A stretch of 64,000 nucleotides of DNA from Clostridia bacterium (lineage in GTDB: Bacteria; Bacillota; Clostridia; TANB77; CAG-465). Shown in pieces: positions 40,541 through 50,605 of this stretch. Under the pieces are notes generated by a model. That model was not told the origin of the DNA and ran no database searches. It worked only from the letters and a program-made list of their open reading frames with translations. The stretch lies in contig JAZSJJ010000008.1 in the NCBI GenBank assembly GCA_045534225.1, positions 843 through 64,842 of the forward strand. Direction: 5' to 3'. A program made the translations under genes and the position numbers. Position 1 is the first letter of the stretch. Every line of letters starts with the position of its first letter.

Positions 40541-40912
40541 ATGAAAAAACCAATAATAACATCAATATTTGCAATTGTAATCATACTCGGCTTCATATTT
40601 GGATCTAATTTAGAAATACCATATAAATACACTGCATATATTGCAGTTGCTATACTTGCATTCTTAGATTCACTATTTGGTGGTATAGTATCAAATATGA
40701 AAAACGAATTTAATATGACAGTTTTTGTGTCAGGTTTTTTTGTTAATGCTGTTATAGCAATTTTCTTGGTATATTTAGGTCAAAAATTAAATGTAGACAT
40801 ATATCTTGCAGCAGTAATCGTATTTACAACAAGATTATTTACTAACCTAAGTATAATACGTAGATTAATAATCGAAAATATAGAAGAAAATAAAAAGAAC
40901 AAGAAAGCTTAA
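40541..40912 (+). CDS. sbp: Small basic membrane protein Sbp (DUF1290)
   Basis: 123 aa, 3-4 TM helices, basic C-terminus. Syntenic with Bacillus sbp. Confidence 0.6.
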   Translation: MKKPIITSIFAIVIILGFIFGSNLEIPYKYTAYIAVAILAFLDSLFGGIVSNMKNEFNMTVFVSGFFVNAVIAIFLVYLGQKLNVDIYLAAVIVFTTRLFTNLSIIRRLIIENIEENKKNKKA

Positions 40913-41020
40913 ACTAGAAAAAAGAAATGTCACAAAAATACATGTATAGTCGAATAGATTGAGACTAAAAAATATAAAATATATAATGGTACCGAAACGT
41001 AAAAGTGGAGGTATTTTTTT

Positions 41021-43259
41021 ATGCATGAGTTTACTAAAAAAGCAGAATCTGTTCTAGAGAAAACAAGACTTTTTGCAATAAAACATAGATATACATATAT
41101 TGGTACAGAACATATATTGTATGGATTGGTGAAAGAACAAACAGGATTGGCAGGCAAAATACTTTCAAAACAAAAGGTAACAGCTAAGTATATAGAACAA
41201 GAAGTGCTAAAAATAGATGGAGTAAAAAAAGAAGGTGCCCTGGAAATAGTGGAGCCTACATTTACGCCAAGAGCAAAAAAAGTAATAGAAAATAGCATTA
41301 AAGAGTCAAATAAAACAGGAGCAAACTATGTTGGAACCGAACATATACTTTTAGCTTTAATGAAAGAGACGGATAGTATAGCGGTCAAAATATTAATAGA
41401 AGCAAATGTAGATCCGGAGAAAGTTTTTACGGATATTATTAAATATATAACCAACGAACAATATACGGCTACAACATCGCGAAATACTAATACACAAGCA
41501 TTAAATGAATATGCAGAAGATATAACAGAACTTGCAAAAAGAAATAGATTAGAAGAAATTATAGGAATGGAAGAATATATAACAAGGTGCTTGCAAATTC
41601 TTTCAAGAAGGACGAAAAACAATATATTAGTAATAGGAGAAGCTGGAGTCGGAAAAACTAGTCTTGTATATGCATTAACTAAAAGAATGTTAAAGGAAAA
41701 TACTTGTAGAAGTAAAAGGGTATTAGCATTAGACATCTCCTCAATGCTTGCGGGTGCAAAGTATAGAGGAGATTTTGAAGAAAGATTAAAGAAATGTATA
41801 GTAGATATAAAGACAGAAGGAAATATTTTGTTATACATAGAAGATATGAGAAATATAATAAATTCAGGGAATACGGAAGGTTCGCTAGATGCAGCAAATA
41901 TTCTTAAGCCGTATTTATCTAAAGGAGAGATACAAATAATAGGGACGTGTACAACGGAAGAATATACAAAGTATATTGAAAAAGATATGTCATTAAATAG
42001 GTTGCTTCAAATTATTGAAATAAGAGAACCGGGTAAAGAGGAAACTCTAAATATATTAAAAGGAGTAAAGAAGAAGTATGAAAAGTATCATAAAGTAGAA
42101 ATTACAGATGAAGCAATAAAAGAAAGCATAGAACTAGCAACAAGATATATACATAGTAAAAAAATGCCGGATAAAGTTATAGATATAATAGATGAAACAT
42201 GTTCTAAAGTTAGGACAGAAGGAAGGGAAAAAATAGAAGTTTTAGATGTAGAACAAGTTGTTGCCAAAATGGTAAATATACCTGTAGAAAAAATTAGCAA
42301 GAGTGAAAAAGAAAAATTAATAACATTAGAGCAAAGATTAGAAGAGAGTGTAATAGGTCAAAAAGAAGCTGTAAAGAAAATAGCAAATGTAATTAAAAGA
42401 AACAGACTAGGGATAAGAGATACAAAAAGACCAATAGGAGTATTTCTTTTTACAGGCCCAACGCGGAGTGGGAAAAACAGAATTGGTTAAAGTATTAGCT
42501 AGAGAACTTTTAGATTCAGAAGAGGGAATAATAAGACTAGATATGTCAGAATATTTGGAGCCGCATAGTGTATCCAAATTAATAGGTGCGCCACCTGGAT
42601 ATATCGGCTATGGAGAACTAGGAACATTAACAGAAAAAGTAAGAAGAAATCCGTATAGCATAATCCTTTTTGATGAAATAGAAAAAGCACACACTGATGT
42701 ATATAATGTACTACTTCAGCTTTTCGATGATGGTAGATTAACGGATAGCAAAGGTAGAACTGTAGATTTTAACAATACAATATGTATAATGACCTCTAAC
42801 ATTGGAGCGAGAAATATAACAGAGGAAAAAGTGTTAGGGTTTAAGAAAGAAATAAATAGTAAAGAAAAATATGATACTATGCATAAAGAGGTGATGAAAG
42901 AAGTAAAAAATAAATTTAGCCCAGAATTCTTAAATAGGCTAGACGATATTATTGTATTTAATAGATTAGATGAATCGTCTATAGAACAGATAACAAAGCT
43001 AATGTTAAACAAGACAAAAGAACGAATAACCAATCGAGGCATTAAAATCGAATTTAAGGATAATTTAATAAAATATGTATCGTTAACAGGGTATGATGCT
43101 AAAAACGGAGCTAGACCTATTTTAAGAGCAATAAGAAGCAAAATAGAAGATGAGTTGTCGGAATACATATTAAAAACTAATATAGATGAAAATGATAGAA
43201 TAAAAATAGGATATAGTAAAGCTAAAGATAAAATAGAGATAGTAAAAGTGAAAAAATAG
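41021..43259 (+). pseudogene. ClpC/ClpE-like AAA+ Clp ATPase disrupted by a +1 frameshift (extra C near 42464)
   Basis: ORF 41021-42490 carries two Clp_N repeats plus AAA-1 (GEAGVGKTS) and ends FTGPTRSGKNRIG*. ORF 42468-43259, in the +1 frame, begins VGKTELVKVLA and carries AAA-2 Walker B ILFDEIEKAH. Removing one C from CCAACGCGGAGTGGG yields the canonical GPTGVGKTE P-loop. Confidence 0.75.
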
Positions 43260-43265
43260 TTAAAC

Positions 43266-43294
43266 TTGATAAAATGGGCCCGAAGTGGTATAAT
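43266..43294 (+). promoter_or_regulatory. Strong sigma-A-like promoter
   Basis: TTGATA, 17-nt spacer, TGgTATAAT extended -10. Confidence 0.5.
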
Positions 43295-43372
43295 ATTAAT
43301 ATCATCACTTTTTGATGAGGAATGTTAATATGTTCAAATATAAAGACAAACAAAATTTTGGAGGTTTAAAAC

Positions 43373-43708
43373 ATGACAAACGTTAAAGTAAAGACAACAG
43401 CAGAAATGCGGGAAGCATTCGTAGATGAACAGGATTATGCAGATAGATATGTGGTAGGAACCTACAATTTCTTATCTGAACTCTATGATATGAGAGTTGC
43501 TCCTAAGTTCAATCTCGAGAATTTCTTTGGAACACTAAATCAGCTTACCTTGAAAGAGGAGTTCATCATTAGATACCATTATGGTATTGATAGAATTAAG
43601 CACAGTGTAGAAGAAATCGCAAATCGCATGAATATCTCTGTAGGTGTGGTTAAAGCTATCCTTACTAGAGGTAAAAAGAAGTTTATGGAACTTACAGTAA
43701 ATGCTTAA
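43373..43708 (+). CDS. Sigma-70 region-4-like HTH mini-protein (ArpU/sigma-like regulator)
   Basis: 111 aa. The C-terminal EEIANRMNISVGVVKAILTRGKKK resembles the sigma region 4.2 HTH. GC is elevated relative to the flanks. GGAGG RBS. Confidence 0.45.
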   Translation: MTNVKVKTTAEMREAFVDEQDYADRYVVGTYNFLSELYDMRVAPKFNLENFFGTLNQLTLKEEFIIRYHYGIDRIKHSVEEIANRMNISVGVVKAILTRGKKKFMELTVNA

Positions 43709-43723
43709 GAACGTTAACAGGAA

Positions 43724-43756
43724 ATAGCAGCGTTTAGAAACGCTGCTATTCTTTTA
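43724..43756. terminator. Bidirectional terminator
   Basis: ATAGCAGCGTTT-AGAA-ACGCTGCTAT followed by a T-run, between convergent genes. Confidence 0.75.
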
Positions 43757-43799
43757 TATAATATAATATTTATTTATATTAACAAATAATAAAAGTATA

Positions 43800-45035
43800 T
43801 TACTCTACATCTTCGTCTACATCAACATTTGATTCACTTAATGAAGGTAGCATATCATAGAAGGCTGCTTCATCTGAAACCGGCAATGCTTCTACATTTT
43901 TTAATTTTCTTTCTATAGTACGAGTTTTTCTTGTTGCATCAGACATTGTGTTAGATATTTCAACAAGTTTTTTGTTTGTCTTTTCTAATAAATCTCCAAA
44001 CTTAGTAAACTCAGTTTTAACTACACCAAGTAGTTCCCACACTTCACTAGAACGTTTTTCTATTGCTAAAGTTCTAAATCCCATTTGTAAGCTGTTAAGT
44101 AAAGCAACAAATGTAGATGGACCAGAAATAACAACTCTGTATTTTTGAGATAATGTTTCACATAAGTCTGTGTTTCTAATTACTTCGCAGTATAAACTTT
44201 CAGTAGGTAAGAACATTATACCAAAATCTGTAGTGTAAGGTGGATCAAGATATTTTTCATTTATATCTTTAGCACATTTTTTAATTTGCATTTCTAGTTT
44301 CTTTCTAGATTCTTCTATTAAAGCAAGATCACCAGATTCTTCTGCAGCTACCAATCTAGAATAATCTTCGATAGGGAATTTAGAGTCTACAGGTAAAAGT
44401 ACAGTATCTATGTTGTTTTTACCAGGTAGTTTGATTGCAAATTCTACAAAGTCGTTAGATTTAGCTTTTGTTTTTACATTTGTTAGATATTGTTCTGGTG
44501 TTAAGAATTGTTCTAATATATTTGCAAGTTGGATTTCTCCCCAGTAACCACGTGCTTTAACGTTTGTAAATACATTTTTTAGATCACCAACACCTTTTGC
44601 TAAGCTTTGCATTTCGCCTAATCCTTTTTGTACAGACTCAAGATTATTGCTTACTATTTTGAAAGATTCACTAAGTCTTTTTTCTAGAGTAGATTGAAGT
44701 TTTTCATCTACTGTAAGTCTCATTTTTTCTAGTTTTTCACCATTATCCTTTTGTATTGAAGTAAGTCTATCTTCTACAGATTTACGAATGTTTTCTAGCT
44801 TAGTTTCATTTAATTGCGTTAAATTTGTAATTGCGTTTTGTTGTATTGTTGTATTGTCTACAATTTTACCACCAATTGTGTTAGTGATATCATCACGAGT
44901 ATTTTTAAGGCTTAATTCAATAACCTTTTTGAAATCTTCTAAATCATTCTTTTTATTTTTCTTTAATAGTAGTATGCAAAGTAGCACGATTACTAATAAA
45001 AGAACTGCTATAATAACTATTAATGTTGTATTCAT
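43800..45035 (-). CDS. rmuC: DNA recombination protein RmuC
   Basis: 411 aa. N-terminal TM helix, long coiled coil, and a conserved RmuC C-terminal nuclease-like region. Confidence 0.85.
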   Translation of the reverse strand: MNTTLIVIIAVLLLVIVLLCILLLKKNKKNDLEDFKKVIELSLKNTRDDITNTIGGKIVDNTTIQQNAITNLTQLNETKLENIRKSVEDRLTSIQKDNGEKLEKMRLTVDEKLQSTLEKRLSESFKIVSNNLESVQKGLGEMQSLAKGVGDLKNVFTNVKARGYWGEIQLANILEQFLTPEQYLTNVKTKAKSNDFVEFAIKLPGKNNIDTVLLPVDSKFPIEDYSRLVAAEESGDLALIEESRKKLEMQIKKCAKDINEKYLDPPYTTDFGIMFLPTESLYCEVIRNTDLCETLSQKYRVVISGPSTFVALLNSLQMGFRTLAIEKRSSEVWELLGVVKTEFTKFGDLLEKTNKKLVEISNTMSDATRKTRTIERKLKNVEALPVSDEAAFYDMLPSLSESNVDVDEDVE

Positions 45036-45171
45036 ATGTTCACTCCCTTAATGAAATTTAGTATATCATACAAAACATTTGTTTGTCAATTGAAAGTGGA
45101 TAAGATATATAAATTTATTATTCCTTGTTGCGACTAACATTTTTTTGTGATATTCTTAACCATACATAAGG

Positions 45172-46341
45172 GTGAAAAATATGAATAATAAAAAAGAAAC
45201 GATTATGATTATAGCAATGATTTTTTTTGCTACAATAATTGTGAGGGTGTATTGTTTACCACTGTTATCAGGAGACTATGTTAATTTCTTGAAACCATGG
45301 GTAGACGAAATAAGATTAAGGGGTGGATTTGCGGCATTAAAAGAACCGCTTGGAAATTACAACATACCGTATATAGTAATATTAATTTTAATATCCTATC
45401 TAAAGTGTGAGCCGCTAATACCTATAAAAATAGTATCAATAATCTTTGATTTTATGTGCGCTTTAGCAACATATAAAATAGTTAATAAGATAACTAATAA
45501 TAAAAATACAGCAATGGCATTTTCAGTGATAATTTTATGGTTGCCAACAGTTGTTATGAATGGCGCTTTATGGGGACAATGTGACAGTATTTATGGTGCG
45601 TTTGTGCTATTTGCAATATATTATTTAATGGAAAACAAAAATATAAAAGCATTTGTAATGCTAGGTTTAGCTTTTGCGTTTAAGTTACAGGCAGTATTTA
45701 TACTTCCGTTGTTTGTGCTACTGTTATTTAGAAATAAAGATGTAAAATGGTATTATTTCTTTATACCAGTTGGTGTTGTAATATTGGCTGGACTGCCAGC
45801 AATAATAGCAGGCCAAAGCATAACTAGTGTACTTGGAATATATGGTGGACAAGTAGAAACATATAACGCATTAACAGCAAACTTTCCAAACATATATTCA
45901 ATAATTATTAAATTCTCTTTTGCAGAAGAATACAACGGATTAATAACAATAATAGGTATACTAGTAACAATGCTTGTATATTTTGCCATATGGTTAGTAG
46001 TAATAATAAAGAAAGTAAATTTTGATGAAAAGAAAATACTTCTTGTAGGATTATGGAGTATAATAATTGCAACATTCTTACTACCAAGAATGCATGACAG
46101 ATATATGTATATCGCGGATATACTAAGTGTAATCTGGCTTGTAGTAAATAGCAAAAACAAGTTATTCCCACTTATGATTAATTTAACTTCAACTATAACA
46201 TATCTAGGCTTCTTATTCTTTGGCGAAGGAGATTATAGCGCGTGGGCTGTAATATATACAGCGACTGTAATAGAATTTACAGTATATGTGTTTAGAGTTT
46301 TGTTAGATAAGAAAAAACTTGCTGAAGTAGCGAAAGAATAA
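45172..46341 (+). CDS. Polytopic membrane protein, putative GT-C-type glycosyltransferase (DUF2029-like)
   Basis: 389 aa with about 11 TM segments and an early periplasmic loop carrying a GDYVNF acidic motif. Assigned by architecture only. Confidence 0.35.
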   Translation: MKNMNNKKETIMIIAMIFFATIIVRVYCLPLLSGDYVNFLKPWVDEIRLRGGFAALKEPLGNYNIPYIVILILISYLKCEPLIPIKIVSIIFDFMCALATYKIVNKITNNKNTAMAFSVIILWLPTVVMNGALWGQCDSIYGAFVLFAIYYLMENKNIKAFVMLGLAFAFKLQAVFILPLFVLLLFRNKDVKWYYFFIPVGVVILAGLPAIIAGQSITSVLGIYGGQVETYNALTANFPNIYSIIIKFSFAEEYNGLITIIGILVTMLVYFAIWLVVIIKKVNFDEKKILLVGLWSIIIATFLLPRMHDRYMYIADILSVIWLVVNSKNKLFPLMINLTSTITYLGFLFFGEGDYSAWAVIYTATVIEFTVYVFRVLLDKKKLAEVAKE

Positions 46342-46447
46342 TAAAAAATGTATAAGATATAAAGTGTATAAATGCTATTGCTTTTATACACTTTCTTTGA
46401 TATTATAATTGTACAAGTTTAGACTTGTACAAGGGAGGTAACTTATA

Positions 46448-46954
46448 ATGTCTAAAAAGAAAATTGCACTAATTATAGTTGCAGTAGTAGTTGTAATAGC
46501 TGCAGTAGTTGCAGCAGTTGTTCTTCTAAAACCAGAAGCAAACATTGAAGGTACATTAGAAGAAATAATGACTAAAGTTTATGCAGGATTTGGAGAAGAT
46601 GAACTTCCAATGTTAGGAGATATGCCTGTTGATTTAACAGATCCAGATGCAGTAGCATATTATTTAGGAACTTCTGAACTTTCAATTAAAGAAGCATTAG
46701 TTCGTGAACCAATGATGGGTTCAATACCACACTCAGTAGTTTTAGTAAGATTAAATGATGCTAAAGATGCTGAAGCTGCAGTAGCTAAAATAAAAGAAAA
46801 TGCAAATCCAAGAAAATGGATATGTGTTGAAGCTAAAAACGTTATTGTTGAAAGCAAAGGAGATTTAGTTATATTAATAATGGCTGACTCTGAAGGACAA
46901 ACTACAGCAGAAGTAGCACCAAAATTAAAAGCTAATTTTGGAGGCTTAAAATAG
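46448..46954 (+). CDS. DUF4358-like membrane-anchored protein (MBOAT partner)
   Basis: 168 aa with an N-terminal TM helix. Immediately upstream of, and translationally coupled to, the MBOAT gene. Confidence 0.55.
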   Translation: MSKKKIALIIVAVVVVIAAVVAAVVLLKPEANIEGTLEEIMTKVYAGFGEDELPMLGDMPVDLTDPDAVAYYLGTSELSIKEALVREPMMGSIPHSVVLVRLNDAKDAEAAVAKIKENANPRKWICVEAKNVIVESKGDLVILIMADSEGQTTAEVAPKLKANFGGLK

Positions 46955-46955
46955 G

Positions 46956-48365
46956 ATGGTATTTTCAAGTATAACATTCTTATACTTTTTTTTACCAATA
47001 CTACTTATAGTATATTATATAGTTCCAAAGAAATATAGAAATTTAGTATTATTAATATTTAGCCTGTTATTCTATTTTTATGGTGAAAGTAATATAGTAC
47101 TTGTTGCTTCTTTAGCAATGAATTATTTCTTTGGAATTTTTATAAGTAAAGAAAAGGAAAAAGAAAAAAACAAACAAAAAAACAATGCAAAACTTTACTT
47201 AACATTAGGTGTTATAGCTAACGCAGCACTTCTTGGATATTATAAATATATGAACTTCTTTATAGAAAATGTCAATGTAATATTTGGCGCAAATATAGGA
47301 GCATTAAATATAATTCTTCCTTTAGGAATAAGCTTCTTTACATTCCAAAATATAAGTTATCTAGCTGATGTTTATCGTGGAGATGTAGAAGCACCTAAGA
47401 GTGTAATAAAATATGGAACATATATAACACTTTTCCCACAACTTATAGCTGGCCCAATAGTTAGATATAAAGATGTGGCAGAAGCGGTAGATAATAGAAA
47501 AGAATCATGGGAATACTTTGGATATGGAGCATATAGATTCTGTATCGGTATGGCAAAGAAGATACTAGTAGCAAATGCTATGGGTGAACTTGCAACAACA
47601 CTTGCAGGAATGGGAACTAAAACAGTTCTTTCATATATTGTAGAAGCACTATGCTATACATTACAAATATACTTTGACTTCTCAGGTTATAGTGATATGG
47701 CAATAGGACTTGGTTCAATGTTTGGATTTAAGTTTAAAGAAAACTTTGACCATCCATTATTTGCAACAAGTATAACAGAATTTTGGAGAAGATGGCACAT
47801 GTCTTTAACATCATTCTTTAGAGATTATATATACATACCTTTAGGAGGAAATAGAGTATCCAAATTAAAATGGTACAGAAATCTTTTAGTGGTTTGGCTA
47901 CTTACAGGATTTTGGCATGGAGCAAGCTGGAACTTTGTATTATGGGGGCTATACTGTTTTGCATTCTTAATGTTAGAAAAGAATTTCTTACACAAGTTCC
48001 TTAAAAAAGGAGTATTATCTCATTTATATACAATAATAGTAACAATGGTTGGATTTGTAATATTTAATATGCCAGACCTACCAGCAGTAGGAAACTACAT
48101 TAAATGTATGTTTGGATTTGGAGGACTCAAGTTTGCAAACTTTGAAACATTGTATTATATAAAAAATTACATAGTATTAATAATAGTTGCATTAATATCT
48201 GCAACACCAATAGTTAAATTTGTATCTAGTAAATTACAAGGAAAGAAAATGGGAGAGAGAATAATAGGAATTACACAATATGTGTTTATACTAGTAGTAA
48301 TGCTAGTATCTACAGCATCATTACTTTCTAGTTCATTTAACCCATTTATATACTTTAGGTTTTAG
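46956..48365 (+). CDS. MBOAT family O-acyltransferase (DltB/AlgI/PatA-like)
   Basis: 469 aa, multi-TM. Conserved FWRRWH and GFWHGASWNF (catalytic His) motifs. Confidence 0.9.
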   Translation: MVFSSITFLYFFLPILLIVYYIVPKKYRNLVLLIFSLLFYFYGESNIVLVASLAMNYFFGIFISKEKEKEKNKQKNNAKLYLTLGVIANAALLGYYKYMNFFIENVNVIFGANIGALNIILPLGISFFTFQNISYLADVYRGDVEAPKSVIKYGTYITLFPQLIAGPIVRYKDVAEAVDNRKESWEYFGYGAYRFCIGMAKKILVANAMGELATTLAGMGTKTVLSYIVEALCYTLQIYFDFSGYSDMAIGLGSMFGFKFKENFDHPLFATSITEFWRRWHMSLTSFFRDYIYIPLGGNRVSKLKWYRNLLVVWLLTGFWHGASWNFVLWGLYCFAFLMLEKNFLHKFLKKGVLSHLYTIIVTMVGFVIFNMPDLPAVGNYIKCMFGFGGLKFANFETLYYIKNYIVLIIVALISATPIVKFVSSKLQGKKMGERIIGITQYVFILVVMLVSTASLLSSSFNPFIYFRF

Positions 48366-48376
48366 AGGTGAGGCTT

Positions 48377-49435
48377 ATGAAGAATAAAATAATAACAATA
48401 ACATTTTTAATAATGATAGGCCTTATGTTTGTACTATTTATAGTACTGCCAGACACTGAACTTTCATATTTTGAAAGAAGAAGACTTGCAAAATTTCCAA
48501 CAGAATTTGACTCAACAAAAATGGATGATTATTTACTAGATCAATTCCCATTTCGAAATGGATTTATAAAATTAAACTCATTAATAAATAGAAATGTATA
48601 TAGTAAATTAGATACAAATAATGTATATGTAGTAGGAGAACAGCTAGTAGATAAACTTTATCCTATAAATCAAAAAGAAGTAGATAGTTTTGTAAATAAA
48701 ATGAATTATATATGGGCAAACTATTTACAATCATCAAATGTATATTATTCAATAATTCCAGACAAAGCATACTTCTTAGATGGAAATAAGTATCTTAAAG
48801 CAGATTATACAAAACTGTATAACGACTTAAAACAAATAAACGGAAGTTATATAGATGTAACAAGCGTACTTACACTTGAAGATTACTATAAAACAGATAT
48901 ACATTGGAAACAAGAGAATCTAGATAAGATAGTAAAAACATTAATGCCGAATATGGGAAATCCATATATAGAATTGGAATATACAGCAAAAACACATGAA
49001 GGTTTTGCTGGTGCATCATATTCTAAAGCAGGTGGTGTAGTACCTAAAGATACAATAACATATCTTTCAAATTATATAATAGATAGTGCTGCTGTAAAGC
49101 ATATAGAATATGGAGAAAAGCCAGTATATGATGAAACAAAACTTACAGGCGTAGATGCATACGATGTATTTTTATCTGGACCTTCGAGTTTAATAGAAAT
49201 AACAAATGTATTTAGCGATACTACTAAAGAATTAGTTATATTTAGAGATTCATTCTCAAGTAGTTTAATACCATTATTGATACCATACTATAACAAAATA
49301 ACAGTAATAGACTTAAGATATATAACTATGGATTATGTGGAAAAATATGTACAGTTTGAAGGAAAAGATGTATTAATGTTATACAGCTTACCAATTATAA
49401 ACAGTAGTACAATGCTTAGAGTAACTGTAAAATAA
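48377..49435 (+). CDS. DHHW-family protein (AlgX/AlgJ/PatB-like SGNH partner of MBOAT)
   Basis: 352 aa. N-terminal signal anchor and a TDIHW motif. Conserved position after the MBOAT gene. Confidence 0.65.
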   Translation: MKNKIITITFLIMIGLMFVLFIVLPDTELSYFERRRLAKFPTEFDSTKMDDYLLDQFPFRNGFIKLNSLINRNVYSKLDTNNVYVVGEQLVDKLYPINQKEVDSFVNKMNYIWANYLQSSNVYYSIIPDKAYFLDGNKYLKADYTKLYNDLKQINGSYIDVTSVLTLEDYYKTDIHWKQENLDKIVKTLMPNMGNPYIELEYTAKTHEGFAGASYSKAGGVVPKDTITYLSNYIIDSAAVKHIEYGEKPVYDETKLTGVDAYDVFLSGPSSLIEITNVFSDTTKELVIFRDSFSSSLIPLLIPYYNKITVIDLRYITMDYVEKYVQFEGKDVLMLYSLPIINSSTMLRVTVK

Positions 49436-49464
49436 TATAAGCAAAACTAAATATAACCAAAAAC

Positions 49465-49498
49465 AATAGTCATTTAGATTTTTTTCTAAATGACTATT
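49465..49498 (+). terminator. Terminator; its 3' end overlaps the TTGACA -35 of the sdpR promoter
   Basis: AATAGTCATTTAGA-T7-TCTAAATGACTATT, then TTGACA-N17-TAAAAT. Confidence 0.65.
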
Positions 49499-49562
49499 GA
49501 CATATGTATCAAAGTATAGTAAAATACATTTAGATAAAATTCTAAATGAAAGGAGAATAAGT

Positions 49563-49841
49563 ATGGGAATATCTGAAACACTTAAAGCAATTTCTGATCC
49601 AGTAAGACGCGAAATACTAGAAATGCTAAAAGAAACAAGTATGACAGCCGGAGATATAGCAAGTAAGTTTGATCTTACTAATGCTACTGTTTCATATCAT
49701 CTATCTATGCTAAAAAATGCAGATTTAGTGTATGAGAGAAGAGAAAAGAAATACATATATTACACACTAAATATTTCTGTATTTGAAGAACTTTTATTAT
49801 GGATAAAAGGATTAGGAGGAAATAATAATGAAGAAAATTGA
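49563..49841 (+). CDS. sdpR: ArsR/SdpR-family autorepressor
   Basis: 92 aa winged HTH (ISDPVRREILEMLKE...). Overlaps the downstream sdpI-like gene. Confidence 0.8.
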   Translation: MGISETLKAISDPVRREILEMLKETSMTAGDIASKFDLTNATVSYHLSMLKNADLVYERREKKYIYYTLNISVFEELLLWIKGLGGNNNEEN

Positions 49842-50466
49842 TTTTAAGACACTAATTTTAACTTGTGTATTTTGCTTGCTTCCAATATTAATTGGACTTT
49901 GGCAATACGATGCTTTACCTGAAAAAGTAGCAATCCATTTTGATATTAACAACAATCCAGATAACTACTTTAATAAAGCACTATTTGTATTTGGTATGCC
50001 AATATTTATGGTTGTTCTTGAAGCTATTTGCTCAATAGGTGTGGATTTAACAGATAAGTACAAAGATGCAAATAAAAAAGCAACTATAGTTATGAAGTGG
50101 ATGATACCTGTAATATTAGTTGTAATGTATATAATTACAATTGCATACAACCTAGGAACTAAGTTAGACATTAGAGTATGGGTAATGCTTCTTTTGGGTG
50201 CTATGTTTATAGTAACAGGTAACTATCTTCCAAAAACAGTTGGAACTAATAAATGGCCACAAAAGAAATTTACTGAAAATGTTCAAAGAAGAATAAACAG
50301 AATTGCTGGATATGTGATGATGGCATACGGCGCACTATTTATGCTAAGCGTATTCTTCCCACCACTAATTAGTATTCTTGTGTTAGTTTGTTTAGTTATC
50401 TTTTTAATAATTTTAACTATCTATGGCTTTTCATTAGATAAAAAAGAAAGAAAAGGTAATAAATAA
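49828..50466 (+). CDS. sdpI: SdpI/YhfL-family immunity membrane protein (DUF1648 + SdpI)
   Basis: 212 aa with 6 TM segments. Characteristic pairing with sdpR. Confidence 0.8.
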   Translation: MKKIDFKTLILTCVFCLLPILIGLWQYDALPEKVAIHFDINNNPDNYFNKALFVFGMPIFMVVLEAICSIGVDLTDKYKDANKKATIVMKWMIPVILVVMYIITIAYNLGTKLDIRVWVMLLLGAMFIVTGNYLPKTVGTNKWPQKKFTENVQRRINRIAGYVMMAYGALFMLSVFFPPLISILVLVCLVIFLIILTIYGFSLDKKERKGNK

Positions 50467-50495
50467 AAACAAACATGTTTAATTAAAACAATATA

Positions 50496-50528
50496 AAAGC
50501 GGTATATCAAGTGATATGCCGCTTTTAG
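50496..50528 (+). terminator. Terminator after sdpI
   Basis: AAAGCGGTATATCA...TGATATGCCGCTTT stem. Confidence 0.65.
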
Positions 50529-50605
50529 TTTACAAAATATAGAATTTATGGTATACTAATATAGTCATTAAAATAAGCTTATGAATAAATATTTAGGAGG
50601 TAAAA

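Noticed and set aside
40913-41020. Possible CtsR operator upstream of the clpC-like gene
   Set aside because: Only loose GTCACAA / AGTCGAA fragments were found, with the wrong spacing, and no tandem GGTCAAA heptad repeat.
43328-43384. 18-codon ORF (MFKYKDKQNFGGLKHDKR) upstream of the sigma-like gene as a real leader peptide
   Set aside because: It has no RBS of its own and is too short to assess. It is mentioned only as context inside the corresponding finding.
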